A stretch of 64,000 bases of DNA from a virus (Duplodnaviria > Heunggongvirae > Uroviricota > Caudoviricetes). The translations under genes and the position numbers were made by a program. Location of the stretch: IMG/VR virus record IMGVR_UViG_3300031992_004563, positions 64,001 through 128,000 of that record. One strand, written 5' to 3'. Below the pieces are notes generated by a model, which saw only the letters and a list, made by a program, of their open reading frames with translations, made no database searches and was not told where the DNA came from. This document shows, one piece after another, positions 17,792 through 29,684 of this stretch (within the stretch, counting starts at the first letter, position 1; the number at the start of each line of letters is the position of its first letter).

Positions 17792-18700
17792 ATGAAGTAT
17801 AAAATTGAGTATACTGGTAAATCAATACCAGAATGGGTTATTAATAATAGCCTAACAGTTGAATTAGCTAATCGTGGAACAAATTTCCAATTTGATAAAT
17901 GGCTAATGAATAATACCAATTTATTTGGTAATGAAAAAAATTTTTCTTTTAGCGATGAACATCGTGAAATTATTTCTTGTTTTTTAAAAGCAGGATTTAC
18001 ACCAATTGTAAATTGTTATGGAACATCATTAAAAGATGATCCCCGTAAAATAGTTGTTGAAAATGATATAACTTGGTTTTTATTTGATGGATGTGATAAT
18101 ACACATTTTATTAATATTGCTGTAAATTATAATAAAAATAAAGGAAATTTTACTGTTTATAATCATTCAGGAAAAGACAATAGTAGAATTGGCATATTTG
18201 ATAATATGTTTACAATTTTAAATATGACTAGATGTTATATGCCTATTAATATTATACATGCTGGAACAGATTTTTATAAACCAGATTGGGAAAAATTAAT
18301 TCTAAAAAATTCTGTTAATTTAGTAGACTCTAAATTATTTGATGAAAATTTAAAATACATAATTTCAAAAGTTGCTGAATCTTCATGGCATCAAGAAGGA
18401 ATAATTCCAAGGTTTAGTGATTCACCTAATGAAAGTTCAATTCAAATAGATAATTACTATTATTTAAAATTTAAAATTGTAAACCATCATATACGAATAA
18501 CATTATGTACACCAAAAAATAAATTTACATCAGATTCTATATATGGCAGTGATTATAATAGTGATTGTTACATTGATGTTTTTAGAGAAAATGATTATAA
18601 AGAGGGTGAAGATGATTCACAAATATTACATTCAGAAATTTTGGAATTATTACCAAAATTAGGAATTATTATAAGAGAAGATAAAAAGGCTGGTGAATAA
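17792..18700 (+). CDS. Hypothetical protein
   Basis: 302-aa ORF. Confidence 0.8.
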   Translation: MKYKIEYTGKSIPEWVINNSLTVELANRGTNFQFDKWLMNNTNLFGNEKNFSFSDEHREIISCFLKAGFTPIVNCYGTSLKDDPRKIVVENDITWFLFDGCDNTHFINIAVNYNKNKGNFTVYNHSGKDNSRIGIFDNMFTILNMTRCYMPINIIHAGTDFYKPDWEKLILKNSVNLVDSKLFDENLKYIISKVAESSWHQEGIIPRFSDSPNESSIQIDNYYYLKFKIVNHHIRITLCTPKNKFTSDSIYGSDYNSDCYIDVFRENDYKEGEDDSQILHSEILELLPKLGIIIREDKKAGE

Positions 18701-18830
18701 CTAGCCTTAATTTTTTAAACTTTTAAAATGAATTAAATATAATTTTAAATTTAATATTTTAAAATAACTTCTATTTTTTAATTTAAAAAATTTTTATTAA
18801 TTTTGTAACGTTAATTAAAAAATGTAATAT

Positions 18831-19232
18831 ATGAAGTTAGGTTATGTGTATCATGATGGTGGCCGTTCTAATTACTTCAAGGCCGGTAATGTTGGGGATT
18901 GTGTAATTAGAGCGCTTGCTATAATTAAAGGAATGAATTACAAAGAGGTATATGATACTGTTAAAAGTATCATTGGAGAAAGTCCACGCAATGGTGTTCC
19001 ACGTAAAAAATTGCAAAATGTTATGAAACATTTTGGTGGTGTATGGGTACCATTATCTGGAATAGGCACAGGTTGTAAAGCACATTTGGCTGCATATGAA
19101 ATTCCAATGTCAGGAAAAATCATATGTAATGTTAGTAAACATGTAACAGCTGTTATTGATGGAGTAAATTATGATACATATGATTCCAGCCGAAATGGAA
19201 CACGATGTGTATATGGATATTGGAAATTTTAA
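18831..19232 (+). CDS. Conserved phage protein (possible Cys-His peptidase fold)
   Basis: GDCVIRALA..HVTAVIDG..YDTYD. Confidence 0.75.
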   Translation: MKLGYVYHDGGRSNYFKAGNVGDCVIRALAIIKGMNYKEVYDTVKSIIGESPRNGVPRKKLQNVMKHFGGVWVPLSGIGTGCKAHLAAYEIPMSGKIICNVSKHVTAVIDGVNYDTYDSSRNGTRCVYGYWKF

Positions 19233-19243
19233 ATAATAAATTT

Positions 19244-19906
19244 ATGAATAATGAACGAATAAAATATCCTAGAACATTTCATTTGCCTTATTCACAATCA
19301 AAGACAGATGATGATAAGACATTGCCAAATGATGATCAATTCAAAGGAATGGAAGTCGTGGTAACAATCAAGATGGATGGTGAAAATACAACTGTCTATC
19401 CTGATGGTTATATTCATGCTCGTTCTCTTGATGGAACTGGCTATACATGGCAAAATTGGTTGAAGTCATATGTTTGGGAATTTTGTGGCGCACTTGCAGA
19501 TGATGAACGAATAATTGGTGAAAACTTGTATGCAAAACATTCAATTGGTTATAAGTTCAATGATATAAAAGATACATTCCAGGTATTTGCAATGTGTTTT
19601 AATTTTGATGGTGTTGATTATTTCTATGATTGGGACTATATTGAAATGTTTTGTGAAGGTTATGGATTAAAACATGTTGATGTAATATATAGAGGTATTT
19701 ATGATAAAGAAAAAATCATGGAGGCCTTTGAAAATAAGAAAAAAGAACTAGCAGAACAAGGACAAGATATTGAAGGTTTTGTTGTTCGTGATGCTTATGA
19801 ATTTCCAACAAGTGAATTTCAAAAACACGTTGCAAAGTTTGTTCGCGCAAATCATGTTCAAACTGATAAACATTGGAGAGAAACTTGGACTAAAAATGAA
19901 TTTTAA
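19244..19906 (+). CDS. ATP-dependent RNA ligase family protein
   Basis: KYPRTFHLP, KMDGEN (motif I), GENLYAKHSI, EGFVVR, AKFVRANHVQTD. Confidence 0.88.
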   Translation: MNNERIKYPRTFHLPYSQSKTDDDKTLPNDDQFKGMEVVVTIKMDGENTTVYPDGYIHARSLDGTGYTWQNWLKSYVWEFCGALADDERIIGENLYAKHSIGYKFNDIKDTFQVFAMCFNFDGVDYFYDWDYIEMFCEGYGLKHVDVIYRGIYDKEKIMEAFENKKKELAEQGQDIEGFVVRDAYEFPTSEFQKHVAKFVRANHVQTDKHWRETWTKNEF

Positions 19907-19910
19907 AACT

Positions 19911-20309
19911 ATGGCAGAAGTATATACATCATATTTTGCAAACTTAAAAAATCTACCAGATAATTTATGTCCAATATCAATCTGTGGTAAAGCCCCAGAT
20001 TGGTATAATGGCATTCAATATAAAGTACTTGCACCTAAATATTGGTTCTTTAAGAAATATGAGGAAGATGGCGATAAGGAATTTTATACTGAAGCATTTA
20101 ATCGTGATGTATTAAATAATCTTAAAGCCTGGGAAGTACTTAATAAATTAAAAGAACTTGCAGGTAATAAAATACCATGTTTGATATGTTATGAAAAACC
20201 GGATGATTTTTGCCATAGACATCTTGTAGCAGAATGGCTTCAAAATAATTGTAATATTAAAGTTGAAGAATTTGAAATAGAAAAAACACATAAATTATTT
20301 AAATTATGA
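19911..20309 (+). CDS. DUF488-family protein
   Basis: YTSYFA..LAP..LICYEKPDDFCHRHLVAEWL. Confidence 0.8.
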   Translation: MAEVYTSYFANLKNLPDNLCPISICGKAPDWYNGIQYKVLAPKYWFFKKYEEDGDKEFYTEAFNRDVLNNLKAWEVLNKLKELAGNKIPCLICYEKPDDFCHRHLVAEWLQNNCNIKVEEFEIEKTHKLFKL

Positions 20310-20539
20310 AAGTACGAATTGAATATCGATATAGTAATGATCATGGATATTGTCGTGATTTTGTTTGCGATGAAAATAATATGCCTTTACCTGGTATGAA
20401 AGTGCGGGATTTGGTTAGTTATTCAACATTAGTTAATATTCAACAAACTAGAATCGATGGAGATGGATTAAAACATTATGTTGGGTTAATTAAGGAAGAT
20501 AATGGTGAATCAAGCAATGGGCAAATATATGATTTCTAA
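20306..20539 (+). CDS. Hypothetical protein
   Basis: In-operon ORF. Confidence 0.7.
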   Translation: MKVRIEYRYSNDHGYCRDFVCDENNMPLPGMKVRDLVSYSTLVNIQQTRIDGDGLKHYVGLIKEDNGESSNGQIYDF

Positions 20540-20542
20540 TAT

Positions 20543-21007
20543 ATGAAATACTATAAAGGCAATATAAATCCGGAACCTAATACAATTTTTGTATTTGGCA
20601 GTAATCCAGAAGGTAGACATGGCGCAGGTGCAGCAAAAATAGCAAGAGAAAAATTTGGTGCTATTTATGGAGTTGGTGAAGGATTACAAGGTAATGCATA
20701 TGCATTGCCTACAAAGGATTTAAGAGTAAAAGAAAATAATGGTTATCGTTCTATTTCAAAAGAACAAATTATTGAGAATATCAAAAAACTATATAAATGT
20801 GCAATTGAATATCCGGAATTAGATTTTAAAATTGCATATCGAAATATAGAAAAACCATCATTAAATGGATATACTGGAATTGAAATGATAAAAATGTTTG
20901 ACAATGCAGGCCCTATTCCAGAAAATATTTGGTTTTCACAAGAATGGCATGATTTTTATTACAGACATTTACATAATGATGGGCAAACAGTAGAAAATTG
21001 GTTTTAA
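20543..21007 (+). CDS. Macro-like phage protein (A1S_2505 type)
   Basis: IFVFGSNPEGRHGAGAA..GEGLQGNAYALPTK. Confidence 0.8.
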   Translation: MKYYKGNINPEPNTIFVFGSNPEGRHGAGAAKIAREKFGAIYGVGEGLQGNAYALPTKDLRVKENNGYRSISKEQIIENIKKLYKCAIEYPELDFKIAYRNIEKPSLNGYTGIEMIKMFDNAGPIPENIWFSQEWHDFYYRHLHNDGQTVENWF

Positions 21008-21012
21008 ATAAT

Positions 21013-21441
21013 ATGAGAACAATTAAATTTAGAGGTAAATTTGTTTATGCAAATCCTGATGGATCTCTTAAATGGGTTTATGGAGATTTTGGCCATAGTG
21101 TTGTACCTGGAAAAGCAGTAATTAATGAAATAATTCCTTATAATGAAGGTGATTTTATTGCACATACAGAAGTATTAATTGGAACAATTTGCCAATTTAC
21201 TGGGGTTCATGATAAAAATGGTGTAGAAATATATGAAGGTGATATTATTCGTGCATATGATAGTAAAAATAATGTAATTCTTCATCAAATTTATTATCTT
21301 GAAAAAGATGCACGATTTGCTACAAAGTTAATTGGATATGATGAATTAAGCGAAGGTGAGCTTACACAAAAATGGGTTAATGAAATAGGTTTTGAAGTTA
21401 TTGGAAATATATTTGATAATCCAGAATTAATTAAAAAATGA
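21013..21441 (+). CDS. YopX family protein
   Basis: MRTIKFRG..QFTGVHDKNGVEIYEGDI..EVIGNIFDNPEL. Confidence 0.92.
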   Translation: MRTIKFRGKFVYANPDGSLKWVYGDFGHSVVPGKAVINEIIPYNEGDFIAHTEVLIGTICQFTGVHDKNGVEIYEGDIIRAYDSKNNVILHQIYYLEKDARFATKLIGYDELSEGELTQKWVNEIGFEVIGNIFDNPELIKK

Positions 21442-22076
21442 TTGATTTAAATAAACATATTATTTGTAGTTTTCCATACGGTTCTGCAACATATGGAATT
21501 AAACCTACTGAATATTCAGATGTAGATATAGTTACTATAGTGGATGATTCTGTAGATTTTTCAGCATATTATAATGAAATATATGAGGAAAAAATATCTA
21601 AAGATGGTGTAGAAATTGATACTCAATATATAAAAGAGTCTAATTTTATTGAGATGGTTAAAAACCATCATATTATTGGCTTGGAAAGTATGTGGCTTCC
21701 TAAAGAAATGATTAATGGTGATTATAAATATGCTCAATATTTTGAATTGGACCTATGGAAACTACGTCAAACCATTTCAAGCATTGTAAGTAATGCATGG
21801 GCAAAATGTCATAAGAAACTTACAGTAGAAAAAGATTATGATTTTTATCGTGGTTTAAAATCATTATTTCATTGTTTAAGATTACTTGATTTTGGTATTC
21901 AAATTGCAACATATGGAAAGATTGTAAATTATGCATCAGCAAATCATTATTGGATAGATTTATGGGATAATGATATAGTTCCATCTCATAAATGGGAAGA
22001 TTATAAAGCAAAGTATCAACCAGAATTGAATAGACTAAAGAGTGAATTTGTAAAACTTTGCCCAAAACCTATATAA
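21438..22076 (+). CDS. Pol-beta superfamily nucleotidyltransferase
   Basis: YGSATYG..SDVD motif; KSLFHCLR helical C-domain. Confidence 0.8.
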   Translation: MIDLNKHIICSFPYGSATYGIKPTEYSDVDIVTIVDDSVDFSAYYNEIYEEKISKDGVEIDTQYIKESNFIEMVKNHHIIGLESMWLPKEMINGDYKYAQYFELDLWKLRQTISSIVSNAWAKCHKKLTVEKDYDFYRGLKSLFHCLRLLDFGIQIATYGKIVNYASANHYWIDLWDNDIVPSHKWEDYKAKYQPELNRLKSEFVKLCPKPI

Positions 22077-22098
22077 AATATAAAAATAAAAATTTTAT

Positions 22099-24177
22099 AT
22101 GAAAACTTATATTGTATCATGTATATCATATTATACAGGCTTTGATGATAAATTTTATTTAGAAAAAGTACATCCATCATTTTTTGAAGGAAATTGTAGA
22201 GTTGATTTAGAATGGACGGATGACATATATAAAACACGATGTTTTTGTGATAAACAAACCGCTAATTATTTTATTAAAGAAATTAAAGCTAAATTAAACA
22301 ATAAATCATCTATCGTACGTAGTCTTGGATTACATGATACAATAAAAGATTTAAAGGTTCAAAAAATTGAAATTAATATTAAAGAATTGGATTAAATAAT
22401 GAAAAATAAATTTAAAAATTTTATAAAAAGAATTAAATTTCTTGATTTAATAATATTTCCAATTGTAATTGCACTAATTGGATGTGCAATATATTTGAAA
22501 CCGGAGGTTTTAATATATTTGTTTGTTGGTATAATATTTTTGTATATATATGAGCGATTAAAATGAATTAATTATGGAGGAACACAGTAAAACTGCTGGT
22601 GCACTTATATATGATAGTATATATAGTTTTGCACTTAAACAATTTCATTTAAATCATGGGAAATTGTGTAATATTAAACCAAAACAAAGTAAACGCAAAC
22701 ATTAAATTATGTTAACTGCATTAGGATCTTGGATATATTGGTGTATATGGCCATTAATATGTACAATAATTGTATATTTAATAGTAACACATGGAGATTT
22801 AAACAGATGTGTAATTGATCATGTGAAAGGAAGTTTAATAATTTTGCCTTTTTCATATTTAATAGGCGTATTAACAGGAATACTTGTTTTTATGGTGCCA
22901 TTTTGTATGGCATATAGTGATGCTACAGTTAAAACTATAGCAGTTAATGAAATGTCTATTAAATCTTTATCAAGTACAGATAAATCGTTTCAAATTGGCC
23001 AAAGTGATATTGATGGAGAAAAGTCATATATTGTATTAGTATATAAAGATAGTCATTATGATCCAAAAGAAGTACGTGCTGATAAATTTAAAATTGTATG
23101 TACAGATTCAATACCTCCAAAAATATCTATAGTTATAAAAGATTGTACAACACCAAAAAAGTTTAAATGGCTATTTAATGAAATGATAATGGATAATGTT
23201 GAAGAATTTCAATATGGTACAATATATGTGCCAAAAAGATATACATTAATGCCATATAAAAAATAAGAAAAATAAATTTAATAATTATGATACCATACGA
23301 TAAAGAAGATGTAAAAACCTTTCATGAAAAAGGATTAATGTGGATGGTTTTTGGAATATTAATTCCATCAGATACATTTGCAAAACTTAAAGAATATGAA
23401 GATTCCATTAGAATCTTAGGAAAACTTCAAAAATCTATTCCTGAAGCAGATATTAATCAAGAAGATAAGGATAAGTATATTGAAAAAGCAAATAAAGTTA
23501 TGGATCTTCTTCAAAAGGAATATGATGAAAAGAAGAAAAAGATTGAGAAAAGAAAGAAATATACTAAAAAGCATAAATCTCAACAACTAAAAGAGATTAA
23601 AGTAACAGATGGAAAGCTCTATTTGTAAAAATATTATTTAGAATGATAATGTTTATAGTTCAAAGAAAAAATTAGAACAAATAATTAAAGAATTTCCAAT
23701 ATTATATAAAGGAGTAAATTTTATAACATATTTAGAAAGTTTACAATATTGGGCAAAAAACATTTGCCCCTTTTTACAATATAATTTTTAAATTATATTT
23801 TATTAAATATGAATATTGATGAACAACGTTATTCTCAAGATGAGATTAAAAAACATACAGATAAAAAATTAAATGAATTAATTGATTATAAAATTATTGT
23901 TTCATTAGATTATTATTTAAATGTATTACCAAATAATCCATTTTACTGGTCATATTTTTGTGAAGGCACAATGAAGGGAAAGCCAGATATAATACATGGC
24001 GATGATGTTTACTTTATAGGCGCAATAATTGATGCAACTTCAAAAATTGGAGTATATGTATTTGCTGATGAATTTAACAAATATCATGAAGAACAAATAC
24101 AAAAATATAGAGAACAATGTAAAAGAGAAAGAGAAGAACGATTAAAACAATATAATGAAGCAAAACTAGAAAAATAA
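22099..24177 (+). CDS. Hypothetical genes (22099-22395, 22709-23266 membrane, 23287-23628, 23809-24177)
   Basis: Co-directional ORFs. Confidence 0.7.
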
Positions 24178-24567
24178 ATGAAAAATGATATGTCAGAAGT
24201 AATAGAAGAGTTATTGTATACAAAGGACCATGAATGGGTTCGTATTGAAGGTGATGAAGCATATGTAGGTATTACCGATTATGCACAATCTGAGCTTGGT
24301 GAAATTGTATTCATTGATGTTCCATCAATTTGTGAAAGTATTCAGCAATTTGATATTTTTGGTTCTATTGAAGCTGTTAAAACTGTTGCTGATTTAAATA
24401 TGCCAATGTCTGGTACCGTTAAAGAGTTTAACAAAAGACTTGATAATGAGCCTGAATTGGTAAACAATGATCCTTATGGTGATGGATGGATTATTAAAAT
24501 TTCACTTGATGATCCACGAGAAGTTGCTAATCTTTTAGATGCAAAACAATATAGAGAAATTTGTTAA
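24178..24567 (+). CDS. gcvH: Glycine cleavage system H protein
   Basis: [24 protein letters not shown] lipoyl-Lys motif, PYGDGW. Confidence 0.95.
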   Translation: MKNDMSEVIEELLYTKDHEWVRIEGDEAYVGITDYAQSELGEIVFIDVPSICESIQQFDIFGSIEAVKTVADLNMPMSGTVKEFNKRLDNEPELVNNDPYGDGWIIKISLDDPREVANLLDAKQYREIC

Positions 24568-24569
24568 TT

Positions 24570-25232
24570 ATGAAAGAACAAACACAATATTATTTAAGAA
24601 TATTTTTCTCTGCAATATTTGCAGGAATTTGTATAGGCCTTGCAGGTTTTGGTTTTTTAACTAATCCTGCAATTGGTATGTTTTTATTCGTATTTGGATT
24701 GGCTGCGGTAGTTAATTATCAAGTCAAATTATTTACAGGCACGGCTGGATTTTTAGATAAGCCATCTGACTTATGGATGCTTTTGGTATGTCTATTAGGA
24801 AATTTAGTTGGGTGTTATTTTATGTCATTAATTAGTATGGCATCACCAGCCGAATTAGCATTAGCAGCAGAAGCAATATTAACTAAACGAATTTCACTCG
24901 GTTATTTGAAAGCTGGTGTAATGGCAATTGGATGTGGTATATTAATGTCTGCATCTGTTGAATTCGCAAGAAAAGGAAAAGATTTTGGATATTGGCTTCC
25001 ATTATGTATGGGTGTTCCTTTGTTTATTTTATGTGGATTCCCTCACTGTATAGCCGATGCATTTTATTACATGAGTTGTTCTAATTCATTTTTAGCATCT
25101 CATTGTTTAGAAACATTGGGAACCTATGGATCTATAGTTTTAGGAAACTTTATTGGTTGTAATGTTTATCATATTAAAGATGTTATTAAAGAAAAGAAAG
25201 ATGATATATCTAATATGACGTTGAATGATTAA
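24570..25232 (+). CDS. Formate/nitrite transporter family channel
   Basis: AGICIG, LFTG, GNLVG, FILCGFPHCIAD, GNFIG. Confidence 0.85.
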   Translation: MKEQTQYYLRIFFSAIFAGICIGLAGFGFLTNPAIGMFLFVFGLAAVVNYQVKLFTGTAGFLDKPSDLWMLLVCLLGNLVGCYFMSLISMASPAELALAAEAILTKRISLGYLKAGVMAIGCGILMSASVEFARKGKDFGYWLPLCMGVPLFILCGFPHCIADAFYYMSCSNSFLASHCLETLGTYGSIVLGNFIGCNVYHIKDVIKEKKDDISNMTLND

Positions 25233-25249
25233 AATAAAGTAAATTAATT

Positions 25250-26620
25250 ATGTTTGAACAAATGAATTGCGATGCATTTAAGCATTTAATAGAATATGAT
25301 AATAATGAAAAAATAGATTTATATTTAATTTTTAAACCAACTCGTGAAGAATATTCATTTATATTTACAGATGGGAGCAGTTTATATACAGATGTTATCA
25401 AAGGTAGATATAGTATAAAAAGAAATGGTATTGAAGAGGAAATGTGTACAACTAAAATAATTTCATGGAAAGAATTAGCTAAAGGATTTGATGGCATTGA
25501 TGAAAATAATTATAATGAAATTATAAGAAATTGTAAAAAGGTTGGAGAACCTATAAATTTTTCTAATAAAAAGATTAAAAAACAAATACATCATACAATT
25601 GAGCGTGATTAAAAACTTTAAAATAAATTTAATATATAATATTTAAATATAAAGTGAATATGTTATCAATTTTATCAATTTTATTAAGTGGTGGATATTT
25701 AGCAATAATTTTATATGCACTATTATTAAATAATGATGGATTTAGAGATTATGTAACAGCATTTGCAGAAACTATTATAAAGATGTATAAAATTAAAAAA
25801 ATGCATCCTTATTCATTAATACAAATTTTTGGTGTTATATTATTATTAACTTCATGGCTAGGAATAGCAATAATCATACTATTATTAGTTGATTATTGTT
25901 TCAATTATAAAAATAAACAAGATTAAAATATGAAAAATTGGACATGGAAAGAATGGACTGCATTTGGTTTGGTTGCAGCTGTTATTGTAGCTGAAGTTGT
26001 TTCAGTATTTGTTGCTCCTTGGGCAGCTGTTCTTGGTGCTGGTACAGCAGTATTTGCATTTGTTGCAGGTTGGCTTGCTGGAAAGCATGTTGTAATTAAA
26101 GATAACGATAACAATAAAGAAGAAAATGCAGCTCGAATGAGTCAACGTTAAAAAATAAAATTAATTAAATATGTTTTACTATATTTTAGGTGCTTGTGTA
26201 TCTGGGTTATTATTTTTATTATTAACTTTTAGTTCTTCATTTTATGAGTTTTTAATAGATAATGTTGAGAATGCTAAAAATGAAATAAAAAGTAGTGAAA
26301 AATATAACACTGTTGAAAAAACCTTATTAGACGGGGTTGATAATAATTCAGTAATTAATTGTCTAAATTGGACAATCGCCATATTATCATGGATAGGGCT
26401 TTTATTAGTACTTTATTATATAATAGCATATTTGTTTAATAAGTAAAAATTAAAATTTTATAATTATGAAGAAAATTGTATTTATTGTATGTGCATGTGT
26501 TGCAATGGTATTTGCATCTTGCACAGGTTGTAGAGGTGGCCAAGGTCAACATGATCAAGATACGGTTGTAGTTGAAGACACCGTAGTAGTTGAAGAAGTT
26601 GATACTTTGGTTGCAGAGTA
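25250..26620 (+). CDS. Small hypothetical/membrane genes (25250-25612, 25654-25926, 25930-26151, 26171-26446, 26466-26621 lipoprotein-like)
   Basis: Hydrophobic ORFs; the last has a FASC lipobox. Confidence 0.65.
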
Positions 26621-26743
26621 ATTTAAATTTGAAAACTAATTGAATTATTCGAAGGAGGATTATCTTAATTGATAATTCTCCTTTATTATTAAACTATTAA
26701 TATTTTTAAACATATAATATTTGAATAAAATTTAAATTATAAT

Positions 26744-27925
26744 ATGGGAAAATTAAAAACAGTAGGTTATGAATTAAGAGATGTTGCAGTAATGCAAGCA
26801 CCTGTTTCATTTTGTAATCATCGTGGAGATGTAAATCCATTTATTGAAGTATGTGGTAGAGAGGTATATCCAATTTTTGTATCACCGATGGCATCTGTCA
26901 CAGATCAGAATAATTATAAAACATGGATTGAAAATAAATTGACACCAGTAATTCCACGTAGTGTTCAAAAGAGTGAGAATAACCCAAATGGTTTAACATT
27001 TGAAGAGCGAATGGAATTAGCAAAAGAAACATTTGTATCTATATCATTAAAAGAATCGCAAAATGAATTATTAAATTATTTAAGAGGGCAGGTAGTTTAT
27101 CATACTGAAATAAGCTTTAAAATTAATAATGTTTATTATATATGTATTGATATTGCGCATGGAACATTAAGCGAGTTATATGATATCTGTAAAAAGATTA
27201 AAGGACTATATAAAGAACAAGTTCAAATTATGACAGGTAATGTAGCAAATCCAAGTGCATATTCATTTTATGCTGATGCAGGAATTGACTGGATGCGAGT
27301 TGGAATTGGTGGTGGTTCAAGATGTACATCTTCAGCAAATGTTTCTATTCATTATGGAATGGCAACACTTTTGGATCAATTGAATGAAGACCGTAAATCC
27401 TATGCACATAGTCATAATGGAAATGCTCCTACAAAACTTATTGCAGATGGTGGTATTGGTTGGTTTGATGATATTCAAAAAGCCCTTGCACTTGGAGCAG
27501 ATGCAATTATGGCAGGAAAAATCTTTGCTGAATGTGAAGAAGCATGTGAACCTACATATTGGCTTGGATGTTATGATAGAAAATTACCTGATAGGATAAC
27601 AAAACATACAATTAAATATGAAGATGAATGGCATGTACAACGTGCATTTAGTGGAACATCTGCCGCGCCAGTTCGTTGTAGAGATTATTTTGGAATGAGT
27701 AGTAAGCGCGCCCAAAAAATTACCGGTGGATCTGGAAATAAAACATCTGAAGGTATTGATAGACCTGTAGAAGTTAAATATCCAGTAGCTAAATGGATTG
27801 ATAATATGCAATCATATCTTCGTTCTTGCATGACATATACAAATTCACATACTATTAAAGAACTTAGAGAGAATGCACAGGTTATTATTCTTGGCGGTTC
27901 TGGTGATGCTGCATATAGAAAATAA
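26744..27925 (+). CDS. GMP reductase / IMP dehydrogenase family
   Basis: IDIAHG, GNVA, VGIGGGSRCTS, IADGGI, GMSS, SEG motifs. Confidence 0.9.
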   Translation: MGKLKTVGYELRDVAVMQAPVSFCNHRGDVNPFIEVCGREVYPIFVSPMASVTDQNNYKTWIENKLTPVIPRSVQKSENNPNGLTFEERMELAKETFVSISLKESQNELLNYLRGQVVYHTEISFKINNVYYICIDIAHGTLSELYDICKKIKGLYKEQVQIMTGNVANPSAYSFYADAGIDWMRVGIGGGSRCTSSANVSIHYGMATLLDQLNEDRKSYAHSHNGNAPTKLIADGGIGWFDDIQKALALGADAIMAGKIFAECEEACEPTYWLGCYDRKLPDRITKHTIKYEDEWHVQRAFSGTSAAPVRCRDYFGMSSKRAQKITGGSGNKTSEGIDRPVEVKYPVAKWIDNMQSYLRSCMTYTNSHTIKELRENAQVIILGGSGDAAYRK

Positions 27926-27936
27926 AATTTATAAAT

Positions 27937-28380
27937 ATGAAACTAACATTTAATAATTATTAGAAATATGCCAGAGAAACTGCTATCTATAAAGATGGAA
28001 TATTTTATCCCGCTTTAGGATTATGTGGTGAATCTGGTGAAGTTGCAGATAAAATTAAAAAGATTTATCGAGATAATAATGGTATAATTAGTGAAGATAA
28101 TAAAGAACAACTTGTTAAAGAAATGGGAGATGTTCTTTGGTATCTTGCTAATATGGCAACTGATTTGAATGTGACATTAGAAGATGTCGCAAAGAAAAAT
28201 TTAGAAAAAATTCAAATTCGCCAACAAAAGAATTTAATTCATGGTGAAGGGGACAATAGAGAAGAATTAGATCCAGAAAAACTAATGTGGGAATTATTGC
28301 ATAGCCCAGATTATCTTGAATAGGGTAAAGAATTTGATCAAAAATTGGCAAAACAAATATTATCACCTGATTTAGCATAA
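27937..28380 (+). CDS. MazG-like nucleotide pyrophosphohydrolase (2 in-frame TAG)
   Basis: FNNY(TAG=Q)KYARETAIY..LGLCGESGEVADKIKK..EMGDVLWYLA. Confidence 0.9.
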
Positions 28381-28444
28381 CTTCTATTTTTTAGATTGAA
28401 TTAAATTTATTAATTTTGTATCATTAATTTAAAAATATAATAAT

Positions 28445-28714
28445 ATGGAGAAAGAAGAGATTAAATTCAACATTGTTATTTTAGGTGATCCATTGCTTAA
28501 GTATAGTCCTTTTGCATTTGGAAATGCATTTATCAATATTGAATATTTGTTAGATGAAAAAGTATCCAAAACACAGAAAAATCTTGATGATTACTTTAAG
28601 ATTTATGGGCCAATTACTGATTATGAAGGAAACTCATATGTATTTAAAAGTGTTACAACTTTTTATGATATGGGAAAAGAATCTTATCATATAAATTTCA
28701 AAAAAATAAATTAA
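28445..28714 (+). CDS. Hypothetical protein
   Basis: Follows a class 1 promoter. Confidence 0.7.
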   Translation: MEKEEIKFNIVILGDPLLKYSPFAFGNAFINIEYLLDEKVSKTQKNLDDYFKIYGPITDYEGNSYVFKSVTTFYDMGKESYHINFKKIN

Positions 28715-28721
28715 AAACAAT

Positions 28722-29684
28722 ATGCCATTAAATGTAAATGAAACAGAACATGCAATAAAACTTATTAAAGATACTTTTGAAACTTTACTATCCAGTTCCT
28801 TACATCTTCGTAGGGTAACTGCACCATTATTCGTTAAAAGCAATCAAGGATTAAATGATACTCTTAATGATAATGCAGATCCAATAAAGTTTAAAGTACC
28901 TGCGCTTAATAATGAAGAATGCGAAATTGTTCAATCACTTGCTAAGTGGAAAAGATTAAAGCTCGCTGAAATGAAAGAACAACCAGGGTTTGGTATTTAT
29001 ACTGATATGAATGCTATTCGCCCAAATGAAACACTTGATTTTCTTCATAGCTTATATGTAGATCAGTGGGATTGGGAAAAGGTTCTTACACCTAATCAAT
29101 TCAATAATGGCAATATAACAGGTATGTCATATGCAATACAGATTTATTCTGCAATTAAAAACACAGATTATGTATTGCGTGAACATTATAAAGATCTTGG
29201 TAAATCATTTTTGCCTGATCAAATACAACCTATAATGTCTAGCCAACTTGCGACAAAATACCCAGATTTATCACCAGCTGAAAGAGAATATGAATATTGT
29301 AAAAAACATAAGGCTGTATATATTATGTGTATTGGTGGAAAAAATCATGATGGAATGAGAGCGCCTGATTACGATGATTGGGATAAAAATGGAGATATTT
29401 TAATCTGGTCACCTATTTTAAATAGACCAATAGAAATATCATCTATGGGTATTAGAGTGAATGCAGAGTCATTACATAAACAACTAGAGGCATCTGGTCA
29501 TTTAGATTGGGAAAAATATGAATATCATAAAAAGATTTTAAATAATGAATTGCCACAAACAATTGGAGGTGGAATTGGCCAATCTAGATTATGTATGTTA
29601 TTACTTCAAAAGAAACACATTGGTGAAGTTCAAGTAAGTGTTTGGCCAGATAATGAAATAAAAAAATATGAAAATATACTATGA
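28722..29684 (+). CDS. asnA: Aspartate-ammonia ligase
   Basis: VQSLAKWKR, HSLYVDQWDWE, RAPDYDDW, TIGGGIGQSR. Confidence 0.97.
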   Translation: MPLNVNETEHAIKLIKDTFETLLSSSLHLRRVTAPLFVKSNQGLNDTLNDNADPIKFKVPALNNEECEIVQSLAKWKRLKLAEMKEQPGFGIYTDMNAIRPNETLDFLHSLYVDQWDWEKVLTPNQFNNGNITGMSYAIQIYSAIKNTDYVLREHYKDLGKSFLPDQIQPIMSSQLATKYPDLSPAEREYEYCKKHKAVYIMCIGGKNHDGMRAPDYDDWDKNGDILIWSPILNRPIEISSMGIRVNAESLHKQLEASGHLDWEKYEYHKKILNNELPQTIGGGIGQSRLCMLLLQKKHIGEVQVSVWPDNEIKKYENIL

